Virus genome (UHGV): UHGV-0114729
Source: a virus
Length of the DNA: 45,034 bases
Reading direction: 5' to 3' (one strand)
Positions 1 to 8,542 of the stretch are shown here, piece by piece. Position numbers and translations under genes: made by a program. Each line of letters starts with the position of its first letter. The stretch's first letter is position 1. The notes below the pieces were generated by a model that was given only the letters and a program-made list of their open reading frames with translations, was not told where the DNA came from and did not search any database.

Positions 1-49
1 CACATTAAAGTACACAATATTTGTGCCCTTCTCTGTTTCTTTCCCGTTA

Positions 50-598
50 TCAGCTAGCTGGAAACTTTTTATACAGAGTTGAGAGCCCTACTCCATACGT
101 TTTTGATACGCTTTGTCGTGATTCACCGGTTGCCATCCGCTCCCCCATTTCCCGCCATTGCTCATCCGTGAACTTAGGCCTGCGACCACCAACTCGCCAT
201 TTTGCCCTGGCTACGGCCAGCCCTGCTAAGGTACGTTCGCTATTAAGATCAGATTCATATTGTGCTGCGGAAAGGATGTTACGAAAGTTATAGCGGCCGC
301 TGGCTGTTTTGAGATCCACGCCATCGGTAATACTGCGGAAGTTGATACCCTTTTCCTGTAACTGCTGGAACATCAACAGCGCATGCAGAACGTTGCGGCC
401 TATCCTGTCCAGCTTCCACACCACCAGTGTATCGCCCGCATTCAGAGTCCGCAGAAGCTTTTTGAGCGCTGGCCGGTTCGCTACCGTCCCGCTCATTTTT
501 TCTTCAAAAACCTGTTCACATCCTGCGCATTCCAGAGCGCCTCTCTGTAACGCTGTATTCTGGTCATTTGTTGATACCCGGATATATCCAATTTGCAC
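50..598 (-). CDS. Serine DNA invertase (Hin/Gin/Cin/Pin family)
   Basis: 182 aa. N-terminal MQIGYIRVSTNDQN serine-recombinase catalytic motif, resolvase core, C-terminal HTH (GESRQSVSKTYGVGLSTLYKKF). Abuts a hix/gix-like crossover site. Confidence 0.93.
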   Translation of the reverse strand: MQIGYIRVSTNDQNTALQRGALECAGCEQVFEEKMSGTVANRPALKKLLRTLNAGDTLVVWKLDRIGRNVLHALLMFQQLQEKGINFRSITDGVDLKTASGRYNFRNILSAAQYESDLNSERTLAGLAVARAKWRVGGRRPKFTDEQWREMGERMATGESRQSVSKTYGVGLSTLYKKFPAS

Positions 599-663
599 GA
601 ATTACCGCCTCTCTCTATCAAAAAACGCGTGAGAGTAACGGAGGTGGCTATAAATCGCATTAT

Positions 664-690
664 CACAAACCTCGGTTTGGGAACAGCGGC
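664..690. repeat. Left crossover site (hix/gix-like) of invertible segment
   Basis: CACAAACCTCGGTTTGGGAACAGCGGC matches the reverse complement of 2126-2152 at 26 of 27 positions. Core is AAACC-TC-GGTTT. Confidence 0.85.
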
Positions 691-1459
691 CACAAAGACG
701 GTCGGCACGGCGACAGGGAATTTGTTGGAAGTGGGCGCATTTGGTTTGGGCGTCAAGGTGCTGAAAGTGAATTCGGTCACTAACGCTGACAGTTTGGAAA
801 ATTGCTCGTTTGCAGCGGGCATTGGCAGCGACGCTATAAATTTTGCGTCTAATTTTGCCCCGATAATTGTAGCGGCGCGCGATGGTGGTGGGGATGGTAC
901 CGGACAGATCTCTCAGATCCAGAGCGATGACGCGCTGCTTGCGTTTAGATATCGAGGCGGCAATGTCTGGTCTCCGTGGCGTTATGTATATCATTCCGCA
1001 AATACAACAAAAACAAGCGATGGCACGTTAAAAGCTGCGTCGCCTGTAATTAAAATTTTTCACGACGGCTCTGCGGAAACTAACGATGAGTCAGAAGGTG
1101 TAACAGTCTCCAGATTGTGTGTTGGGCAGTACTTGATTGAAGGGTGTGTAGGAATGAACTCCGACGCGGCGTGGGGCGGGATTGATGGCGGGTTTGACAT
1201 TCCCCGAGATCGGAACGGACAGGCGCTAATCTGGCTGGATTACGAAGTGAATGCCGACGGATCAATCCTCGTCAAAACATATCACCGCACGTATCCCGCC
1301 GCTCCTGCATTTGCGCGTAACGAGATAGATGGGCTGGCAGCCGGCGACCCGGTCGACATTCCCGCCGACCAGTTCGTTTCTGTGCGCGTTGAAATGCCCG
1401 CTGATAGCATATGGAATCAGCGGCAATCAATTATTCTGGCTGATCAAGAGCCTGAGTGA
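665..1459 (+). CDS. Silent alternative tail-fibre C-terminal cassette (expressed only after inversion)
   Basis: The frame is open from the crossover codons T-N-L-G-L-G-T-A-A-T. GNLLEVGAFGLG is a typical tail-fibre motif. There is no plausible RBS or start of its own; the ORF-track M at 593 overlaps the invertase start region. Confidence 0.7.
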   Translation, partial: TNLGLGTAATKTVGTATGNLLEVGAFGLGVKVLKVNSVTNADSLENCSFAAGIGSDAINFASNFAPIIVAARDGGGDGTGQISQIQSDDALLAFRYRGGNVWSPWRYVYHSANTTKTSDGTLKAASPVIKIFHDGSAETNDESEGVTVSRLCVGQYLIEGCVGMNSDAAWGGIDGGFDIPRDRNGQALIWLDYEVNADGSILVKTYHRTYPAAPAFARNEIDGLAAGDPVDIPADQFVSVRVEMPADSIWNQRQSIILADQEPE

Positions 1460-2646
1460 CTTGCTCTTTGGTTATTTTGCAGTTGTGCTTGCAGGTCTGA
1501 AATTTGTTGTTGTAGAGCCTGAACACAGCCGAGGAGATCCATTACTATCGGGTTGTTGTCCACGGACGGGCGATCCCGATATTCCTCACTAATTTTATTC
1601 CCGGCCTCATCATACACCTCCGTGCCGGGAATTGGCTCTGGATTATGTTTGATATACTGCGGGGCAATTATTTCTGCGTCTTCCGCAATAACCCCAAAAC
1701 GTACTCGCTCTTGTTCGTCGTCACGGTAAATAAAATTAACAAGCTCAAGCGACAGCACTCTGTTTAGGGCGGTGGCCGCGTCCGCTAGCGCAATATTTTT
1801 CTTGTAATCCCTGCCAGACGTTCCCTGTAATGCAATCGTTCCCGTTGACGTCGGGAAGTTGATCATTACCTGTCCGGTTTTGTCCCAACCAGTGCCTATT
1901 CTTTTCACTAAATACACTGATACGAAATCATTACTCTCCGAATACGACGTCTCGAGCAACACAGTTTTACCAACAGTTGAATCGGGTGCCGAGGTGATTT
2001 CAAGAGTCATATCCGGGTACGACTGGCCTGAAATCCTTAATTTTGGCAGGGTCTGCTCCTGACTAAAGGTATTTTTTTCGCTCAGTAACGGGATTGCGCT
2101 ACCTGATGTGCCTGTGTTTACTGTCGCCGCTGTTCCTAAACCGAGGTTTGTGCGGGCCTCTGCTGCTGTTTTGCCACCGGTGCCGCCCTGAGCGATACTA
2201 AGCGCTGTAGTTAACCCGGTCAGGCTCGTAATGTCCTTATTTGCCCCTTTCTTCGCTAGCGATTTCTGACCAGGAACGGTCACAGCCACACCGTTAATCG
2301 TAATTGTCACGTCCCCTGTGCCGTTCATTACGTCAGCGAATCCGCTCATATTGCGCTGGTACAGAGTGAACGTCTCGGCAATATCTTGCGCCAGCCCATC
2401 AACGCTCAGACTATCACTCAGCAGAATTGAATATTTCGTACCGGCTGGAATTGCTGGGCTGGCAGCAGGCGTTACAGTGAGACTCGTAGCGCTGTTAATT
2501 GCAGTAATCTGAAATACCTGTGCCGGATTTGTCAGTGCAATAACAGTGCAGCCGTTCCGAATTAATGAACCCGCAGCAGTAAAATTAGTTCCGGTGCCGG
2601 TCAGAGTATTACCGCTGACAGCGATAGTGCCGGTTGTATAGATCAT
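1444..2646 (-). CDS. Tail fibre (currently expressed form) with C-terminal intramolecular-chaperone (peptidase S74-like) domain
   Basis: GGAG RBS 9 nt before MIYTTGTIAV. The C-terminus (SGRDYKKNIAL...VRFGVIAEDAE...NNPIVMDLLGCVQALQQQISDLQAQL) resembles the endosialidase/tail-spike auto-cleaving chaperone. The crossover site lies in-frame at codons TNLGLGTAAT. Confidence 0.85.
   Translation of the reverse strand: MIYTTGTIAVSGNTLTGTGTNFTAAGSLIRNGCTVIALTNPAQVFQITAINSATSLTVTPAASPAIPAGTKYSILLSDSLSVDGLAQDIAETFTLYQRNMSGFADVMNGTGDVTITINGVAVTVPGQKSLAKKGANKDITSLTGLTTALSIAQGGTGGKTAAEARTNLGLGTAATVNTGTSGSAIPLLSEKNTFSQEQTLPKLRISGQSYPDMTLEITSAPDSTVGKTVLLETSYSESNDFVSVYLVKRIGTGWDKTGQVMINFPTSTGTIALQGTSGRDYKKNIALADAATALNRVLSLELVNFIYRDDEQERVRFGVIAEDAEIIAPQYIKHNPEPIPGTEVYDEAGNKISEEYRDRPSVDNNPIVMDLLGCVQALQQQISDLQAQLQNNQRASHSGS
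2126..2152. repeat. Right crossover site of invertible segment
   Basis: Inverted copy of 664-690, located inside the tail-fibre ORF. Confidence 0.85.
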
Positions 2647-2663
2647 TTTATTTTCTCCAGGCA

Positions 2664-2688
2664 ATAAAAAAACCCCGCCGGAGCGAGG
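2664..2688 (-). terminator. Rho-independent terminator between cor and the tail-fibre gene
   Basis: Minus strand reads CCTCGC-TCCG-GCGGGG followed by TTTTTTTATT. Confidence 0.7.
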
Positions 2689-2709
2689 TTTATGTTTAAG
2701 CGTAGTGGG

Positions 2710-2943
2710 TTATTTGCAGGTTGTTTCGGTAAATGTATTCGCACTTACCCAGCGCCAGCTGAAAGGATATCCAGCCCGGTACTGCGTCTGGTTGTTTTGT
2801 TTACGCACACCGTAAATCTGAACCGTAGTTTCCTGACCGCCAACGATTGCAGTGCCGCTGCAAACTGGTTCCTGTTTCTCAATTACGCCAGCGCATCCTG
2901 TAAGCATGACAGCGCCTGCCATGCAGATAATCAGTTTTCTCAT
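2710..2943 (-). CDS. cor: Cor-type superinfection-exclusion lipoprotein
   Basis: 77 aa with signal peptide and lipobox (AVMLTGC). Size and position (after J, before the tail fibre) match phi80/N15/HK022 cor. Assignment is from memory of the family. Confidence 0.7.
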   Translation of the reverse strand: MRKLIICMAGAVMLTGCAGVIEKQEPVCSGTAIVGGQETTVQIYGVRKQNNQTQYRAGYPFSWRWVSANTFTETTCK

Positions 2944-3054
2944 TTTGATAGTATCCAGAGGAATTCAGTATCTTAGACGATACCAATACAATTCTGGTGG
3001 GTATAATTGATTGGATAGATCAATATTATGTTATTGATCGCTAAAAACGATCAA

Positions 3055-3729
3055 TCAATCATAGGCCGCTGTATTTATGGCGGTTAATGAAATGCCAGTA
3101 TTCGTTCCCCCTCCAGGTGAACCTGCCCCAGTGGAGGTCCCCCCTGCGTTTATCCTCGTATTGGCCCCGTCAAACCTGCATGAAGAATAAGCATTTATCG
3201 TGTAGATAGTCGGAGGCTTGGTTGAATTATTCACAATGATGGTCTGACCCAACTGAGCAGGTGCAACGGCCCATGACCCGCTCAGCGTCTGGTCAATATT
3301 TATCCCGCCGTTTGCACCAGGCGTGCCAACCGTCTGCAGGTCTGATAGCACACGGGACTCATTAGTTAACACAAGCTTTCCGCTCGCATCCCATATTGCC
3401 AAACCCCATTTCGGTAATATCTGCGGGAATATGGCAAAAACGTACGCCGTTAAAGTGAAACTTTGGTTGTAGGGATTAACACCAGCAACATACACATTAC
3501 CGCCGTTCCTGTAAGACATAACCGGAGTGGGCTGTGCTGTATTGGTGGTTTTGATAAAAACCATCACTGGGTAATCAGCGTTTAAAGCGATATTTTGAGC
3601 AACCTGCTGAGAACTGCCATTCGCGGATGAATTGAAGGTATACTTCCCGTAAAGACAGAAAGGCGTTGATTGTGGCGTTACAAAGGGATTCCCGTTATCC
3701 ATTAATATCATCGCGCCAAATTCGGCCAT
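3055..3729 (-). CDS. Hypothetical protein downstream of J (probably tail-tip associated)
   Basis: 224 aa. Start overlaps the stop of the upstream ORF. The N-terminus resembles that of the 100-aa neighbour (..D.(S)GNP..). Confidence 0.7.
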   Translation of the reverse strand: MAEFGAMILMDNGNPFVTPQSTPFCLYGKYTFNSSANGSSQQVAQNIALNADYPVMVFIKTTNTAQPTPVMSYRNGGNVYVAGVNPYNQSFTLTAYVFAIFPQILPKWGLAIWDASGKLVLTNESRVLSDLQTVGTPGANGGINIDQTLSGSWAVAPAQLGQTIIVNNSTKPPTIYTINAYSSCRFDGANTRINAGGTSTGAGSPGGGTNTGISLTAINTAAYD

Positions 3730-4031
3730 TATGCTTTCTCCATGAAAACGACCACCTCACATTTAGAGGCCGGGTAATTACCCAGGCCCACAGAAGAGGC
3801 TGCGGTTACGGTTATTGTGTTCCCTGACGCGACAATGCTCCTCCCTACGCTGTTACCTCCTTCATCAAGTGAGAGCGCAAAACCGACCTTCATTCCTGAG
3901 GGTACAGTGAAAGACCAGCTGCCGGAGTTTTGTCCGGCGGCAAGTTGTATACGTCCAACAACGGAAACGGGCTTGATTCCGTAGTTGTTGGGGTTTCCCG
4001 AAGCATCCCAGGTCTGTATTCCATAAGCCAT
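3729..4031 (-). CDS. Hypothetical protein downstream of J
   Basis: 100 aa, tightly packed after the J stop. Confidence 0.7.
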   Translation of the reverse strand: MAYGIQTWDASGNPNNYGIKPVSVVGRIQLAAGQNSGSWSFTVPSGMKVGFALSLDEGGNSVGRSIVASGNTITVTAASSVGLGNYPASKCEVVVFMEKA

Positions 4032-4032
4032 A

Positions 4033-7000
4033 TCAGAACACCCCCGTTAATCGGCCAACCTGCACTCTCAGAACGTTGTTGCCATCCTTGACGCTGATTG
4101 TCTGGTTGGTCTGCTTCATGGCTCCCTCCCCAGCTGTCGAACCGTAGTTCTCAAACGTCCCGGACTTATCCAGTTTCCAGCCAACAGAGCCGGCAACATA
4201 ATTGTTCGACTGGATGTAATTGCCAATTTTTGCATTGCTTATGGTCCCGTCGCCAATGACTGTATCCCTGATAATGGCCTGGCCATTCTGAATAACGAAT
4301 GGCAGCGTGACCGCACCACCGGCCTGAGTCATAACAGCAAAGCGGTTAGCCAGGAACAGCACCTGCGACTGCATACCTGCTGGCGTATTTTCGACTCCGA
4401 TACCCATTCCGGCAGCGTATTGCCGTCCGTTCGAGTCGATAGCGACTTTAATACTGTACATCGCATTCAGATTTCCGCTGATATCTGCAACCGCCCGTGC
4501 GTTCTGTTCAATTACTGTCGTCTGCCCATTAACTGACACTGTCAGCGAGTTAATCCGCGTTGCTGACGCCTGCGTGAAATCCGCAAGAGTTTTTGCAAAA
4601 TCAGTCGTATTTGCAGTACCACCTCCTGCACTTGAATCCAGCGTTTTGAGTGACTCAGCCACAGCCAGGCTTGCATCAGCCATCACGTTATCGACACGTT
4701 CGAGCCCTGCTTTATTGTCGCCGTACTGCACACTCATTCGCTGCGACTGATTCACCTGCGCTAACGTCTGCTGAATTACTGCAATCGCGTTATTCTGAAT
4801 GCCTCCTTTAATGACGCCCACATTACTGCTCTGATCTGCGATTTCTGCTGAGATTTCGTCAAAACGTAACGCTGTGGCGCTGTCCAAATCCGTGACCACT
4901 TGATCCAACTCGCTGATTTCTGCGGCATTGCGAGTACTGGCTTGTTCCGCCTCATCTGCTTTATCGCTGGCAGCTTTAGTAGCAGCAGAAAGCTCGTCGA
5001 GTCGCAGCGCTGTAGCTGATTCTGTATCTGTCACAACCTGCTCAAGCGCTGTGATTTTCGCTGCATTTTGTGCGCCAACCTTACCCGCCGCGTCCGCTTT
5101 AGAGTCGGCAGTCTTAGTAGCAGCATTGAGTTCATTAAGACGCGTCGCGACTGCTTGAGACTCGTCAGACATAGCTTGACGCACTTCAATGATATCAGCT
5201 GCGTTGTGCTCTGTAGTAGCTTCAAGGCGCAGTACATCAGCAACACGGGCTTCGGTCTCGTTGGCTATGGCTTCCTGTGTGCGCTCGATCCCGGCCTTGT
5301 TGTCCAGGTACTGAACCGTCATGGTGTTGCGCTGGCTAACCTGAGCTAACGTGTTGTTAATCAGAGCGATGGCATTACTCTGAATGCCGCCCGCAGCGCT
5401 GGCAGTAGCAGCGCTAAGCTCATCAAATCGTGAAGCGGCCGCAGAGGTGCTATCTGTAACAACTTGGGTAAGTGATGTGATATCCGCGCTGTTCTGTGCG
5501 CCAACCTTACCCGCCGCGTCCGTAGCAGCAGTAAGCTGATCGACAGCAGTTGCGCGGGCTTGAGTTTCATCAGCAAGTGCTTGTCGAACCTCAGTGATGC
5601 CCGCCGCGTTATCCTTCGTCTTAGCTTCGAGACGGGTAACATCGGTCACGCGAGCTTCAGTTTCTGTCGCTACAACTTCCCGTAGTTGCTCGAATTGCGC
5701 CGTATTAGCGCCGTTTTGGGCGGTCTGACGCAATACGACATCAGTAATCGCGAGAGAATTGGCAATAATAGCTTCAGCGGTCTGTTTGTTAGATGAAACC
5801 GCCGCGGCAAGACTATCTGCATTTTCACGAATCGCTGCTGCCAGATTTTCAGTACTGGATTTCAAATCCTCTGCAGTTTGTTTCCCGTCAATAATTGCAG
5901 CTGCCAGCGCGTCGGCATTTTCCCGGACCGCATCAGTCAGTTCGGCAATATTTTTGGTATCCTCATCTACAGTGGCGATCAGGTTTTTGAAAACCTCTGT
6001 TTCCTGAATCTCTTTGAATATTGCATCCGTAATTTCTGAAACATCGGTGCTCGCCTGCCCGCGCACCCAGTCGGTATACCCCGATTCGTTACCGGTCCGG
6101 TCAACAAGTTGCGCGCGGTACCAGAAAATCTGCCCAGCCTTAAGGCCCATCTGCTGATATTTGCGCTGCGGGTAAGGCACATCGGCCAGCAGCATTGCAT
6201 CGTCCTCGGTACCGGTCAGGCTATACTGAATTTCCGTCTTCAGCGTGTCTTCGGTATTCGCCGGGAATCCCCAGTTCAGCTCGATACCGAATACCACGTT
6301 TTCAGAAGCGATGAAGCCAACCGGCTTCGGTGGGTTTCCCACTTTACCCGTCAACGTTTTCTCTTCTGAATAGCCCCACCCAGATGAAATTTCGGCGGCA
6401 TTGATGGCACGCACGCGAACCAGGTAGCGTCCTGCATAAATCCCCGGAACATCGAATGACGTGGTGGAGCTGCGCGGCACATTCACCCAGTTCCCGTCAT
6501 TGCGACGCCACTGTGCCTCATACGCGATAGCATTTTTCGCCTGGTCCCAGCTGACGCGCATGGTCTCAACGCTGATATTCTGCTGAACGACAGAAAACGA
6601 ACTGATCGCGATATTAGCTGGCGGGGACTGATTACCGGGCGGAATTACACTTATTGGCCGCTGGTCGATAATGGCACCGGTATCGATACGCGCATATTTA
6701 TCCGGATCGTGCAAAGCGCCAGCAATCGAATACGTTCCGTCATTATTATCCGTAACGCTGATAACGCGATATTGCTGCGCGTAAAGCTCTTCAGACTCGA
6801 CAATCCACACCGATTCCACTGCAGGTGTTTCGCTGTATGCCGTTGTCACAGTGACGGCCCGCCCGTTTACGCTCTGTATCGTCCTGCTCTGCGATGCGCC
6901 GGACGGAAGGTTAACCATCAGACGGCTTCCGGGAGCGGCTGCCGAATCACGATCAAGCGTGATAACGCGACCGTTAACCGCACTGATGCGCCCTCCCATC

Positions 7001-8490
7001 ACTTTTCCGGAAAGCAGCTCATCGGCAACCGCGATGATATAACCAGGCTGTGGGATCTTACCGTCAAGACCAACATCGAACGACACGATGCGATCCTTGT
7101 TATTGGTCAGGATACCCCAACGTCCTTTGCGGTTTGCCTCTGACTGCCGGGTACAACCAATGGCTGTCATTTCGAGCTGATTTGTGCCAAAGCGAGCAAC
7201 GAGATCCTGCTCAAATACAGGCTCCATCGCATCCGCGTAGGCATTACCCGGATCGGACCAGGAAACCAGTGCCGTGGTATAGCGGGTTTTGGTGGTGCTG
7301 CCCGAATAGGTAAAGCGCCCATTAACCACGTTTGCACGCGTGTAGCTGTAATCCACATCGCGGGGCATATCCGCCAGCGCAACGATTTGATCGCCACCCC
7401 AGTACGTCATGCCCCGGAATATCGCCGCAAAATCACGTAACACGGTATAGGCGTCATTCCTCTCCTGCACGTACACGTTACAGGTATAGCGAGGCTCAGT
7501 GCCGCTACCGCCTTTACCATCAGGAACCGGCTGATCGCAATATTGCGCGACCTGATAAAGCGTCCATTTATCAATATTGGCCGCCGTCAGGCGATTGCCC
7601 AGCCCAAAGCGGTCGCTCACCACCAGATCGTAAAAAATCCAGGCTGGATTATCCGTCCACGCCCACTTAAACGCCCCTGTCCATGTGCCGCTGTAGGTGC
7701 GGGTCTCCGGGTCATACGTATCCGGAACGCGGATTACACGCCCTCGCGGTTCGCAGGATATTTGCGGGATAGAGCCGTTAAACTGGCTTGAGTCGAATTC
7801 GATGTACAGCAGCGCGGTATTTGGATAACGCAGTTTGGCGTCAATAACCTCTGTGTAGCTCTGCAGCGTCATCGTGTCGCCAATTTTCGCGCTGTTGGCA
7901 TCCGCCGTAAGCTTACGCAGGCGCACCGTCCATGTACTGCCTGCCTGTGGTAAATCGATACGATGGCTGCGTTCGTAGCCGGAAGTTGTCTTGCCGGTTA
8001 CGCTGGTATTAAGTACCGTCTGCCAGGTGCCGCCATCGGTCTGCAGATCAATAGCGTAGTTAATTGAATAGCCAACCAGATCGCCATCATCCTCCTGTTT
8101 AAAAAGCGATGGCCACTTGAGGCGCAGGCGAACGGCTGACAGTTGCGTGTTGGTAAAGGTATGTGTCCAGCCGGTGGTGCTTGACACTTCGGTGCCCACG
8201 CTGATTTCATTTTCTGTGCCGGGGATACCCTGAATATATTTTTGTGCCTGAGTCCCCGGACGAAATTCCCACGCCACGCCACTGAAGTTTTGCGATCCGT
8301 CTGCATTCTCCAGTGGCGTGCCATCGAGATAGATATCCTTCGCCGTCAACTGCCCTGCAAATTCGCCCTCTCCCAGTGCAACAAGAATTTTGGCTTTCGC
8401 TACGGACTGGAGATCGTCTGGTTGTTCAGTCGGGGTGCGTGAACTGGAGCTGCCGCCCTTGCGGCCTCTAATCGGAGTAGATGTAGCCAT
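4033..8490 (-). CDS. J: Tail tip / host-specificity protein J, with expanded Ala-rich coiled-coil region
   Basis: 1485 aa. The N-terminal two-thirds are colinear with lambda J. An internal repeat-rich coiled coil precedes the C-terminal receptor-binding part. Confidence 0.93.
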   Translation of the reverse strand: MATSTPIRGRKGGSSSSRTPTEQPDDLQSVAKAKILVALGEGEFAGQLTAKDIYLDGTPLENADGSQNFSGVAWEFRPGTQAQKYIQGIPGTENEISVGTEVSSTTGWTHTFTNTQLSAVRLRLKWPSLFKQEDDGDLVGYSINYAIDLQTDGGTWQTVLNTSVTGKTTSGYERSHRIDLPQAGSTWTVRLRKLTADANSAKIGDTMTLQSYTEVIDAKLRYPNTALLYIEFDSSQFNGSIPQISCEPRGRVIRVPDTYDPETRTYSGTWTGAFKWAWTDNPAWIFYDLVVSDRFGLGNRLTAANIDKWTLYQVAQYCDQPVPDGKGGSGTEPRYTCNVYVQERNDAYTVLRDFAAIFRGMTYWGGDQIVALADMPRDVDYSYTRANVVNGRFTYSGSTTKTRYTTALVSWSDPGNAYADAMEPVFEQDLVARFGTNQLEMTAIGCTRQSEANRKGRWGILTNNKDRIVSFDVGLDGKIPQPGYIIAVADELLSGKVMGGRISAVNGRVITLDRDSAAAPGSRLMVNLPSGASQSRTIQSVNGRAVTVTTAYSETPAVESVWIVESEELYAQQYRVISVTDNNDGTYSIAGALHDPDKYARIDTGAIIDQRPISVIPPGNQSPPANIAISSFSVVQQNISVETMRVSWDQAKNAIAYEAQWRRNDGNWVNVPRSSTTSFDVPGIYAGRYLVRVRAINAAEISSGWGYSEEKTLTGKVGNPPKPVGFIASENVVFGIELNWGFPANTEDTLKTEIQYSLTGTEDDAMLLADVPYPQRKYQQMGLKAGQIFWYRAQLVDRTGNESGYTDWVRGQASTDVSEITDAIFKEIQETEVFKNLIATVDEDTKNIAELTDAVRENADALAAAIIDGKQTAEDLKSSTENLAAAIRENADSLAAAVSSNKQTAEAIIANSLAITDVVLRQTAQNGANTAQFEQLREVVATETEARVTDVTRLEAKTKDNAAGITEVRQALADETQARATAVDQLTAATDAAGKVGAQNSADITSLTQVVTDSTSAAASRFDELSAATASAAGGIQSNAIALINNTLAQVSQRNTMTVQYLDNKAGIERTQEAIANETEARVADVLRLEATTEHNAADIIEVRQAMSDESQAVATRLNELNAATKTADSKADAAGKVGAQNAAKITALEQVVTDTESATALRLDELSAATKAASDKADEAEQASTRNAAEISELDQVVTDLDSATALRFDEISAEIADQSSNVGVIKGGIQNNAIAVIQQTLAQVNQSQRMSVQYGDNKAGLERVDNVMADASLAVAESLKTLDSSAGGGTANTTDFAKTLADFTQASATRINSLTVSVNGQTTVIEQNARAVADISGNLNAMYSIKVAIDSNGRQYAAGMGIGVENTPAGMQSQVLFLANRFAVMTQAGGAVTLPFVIQNGQAIIRDTVIGDGTISNAKIGNYIQSNNYVAGSVGWKLDKSGTFENYGSTAGEGAMKQTNQTISVKDGNNVLRVQVGRLTGVF

Positions 8491-8499
8491 ATTGCGCCC

Positions 8500-8525
8500 A
8501 TAAAAAAGGCCACCCTGAGGTGGCC
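8500..8525 (-). terminator. Terminator-like hairpin between I and J
   Basis: Minus strand reads GGCCACC-tcag-GGTGGCC followed by TTTTTTAT. Confidence 0.5.
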
Positions 8526-8542
8526 TGAAAGGAGGTTTTTAT

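Larger units (their letters stand above)
664..2152. other. Invertible tail-fibre segment (Mu G / P1 C / e14 P analogue), about 1.47 kb
   Basis: Bounded by the 27-bp inverted repeats. Contains two convergent alternative tail-fibre C-terminal cassettes, with an invertase gene adjacent. Confidence 0.8.

Noticed and set aside
593-664. The N-terminal 24 codons of the track ORF 593..1459 (MHELPPLSIKKRVRVTEVAINRII)
   Set aside because: They lie upstream of the crossover site and overlap the invertase start region. There is no RBS. The coding sense of this ORF begins only at the crossover, after inversion.
4928-6369. Multiple plus-strand ORFs (76-93 aa) and nested minus-strand ORFs inside J
   Set aside because: They are antisense or out of frame to a well-supported J ORF. 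They lie in the low-complexity Ala-rich coiled-coil repeat region, which naturally lacks stops in several frames. None has an RBS or a recognisable motif.
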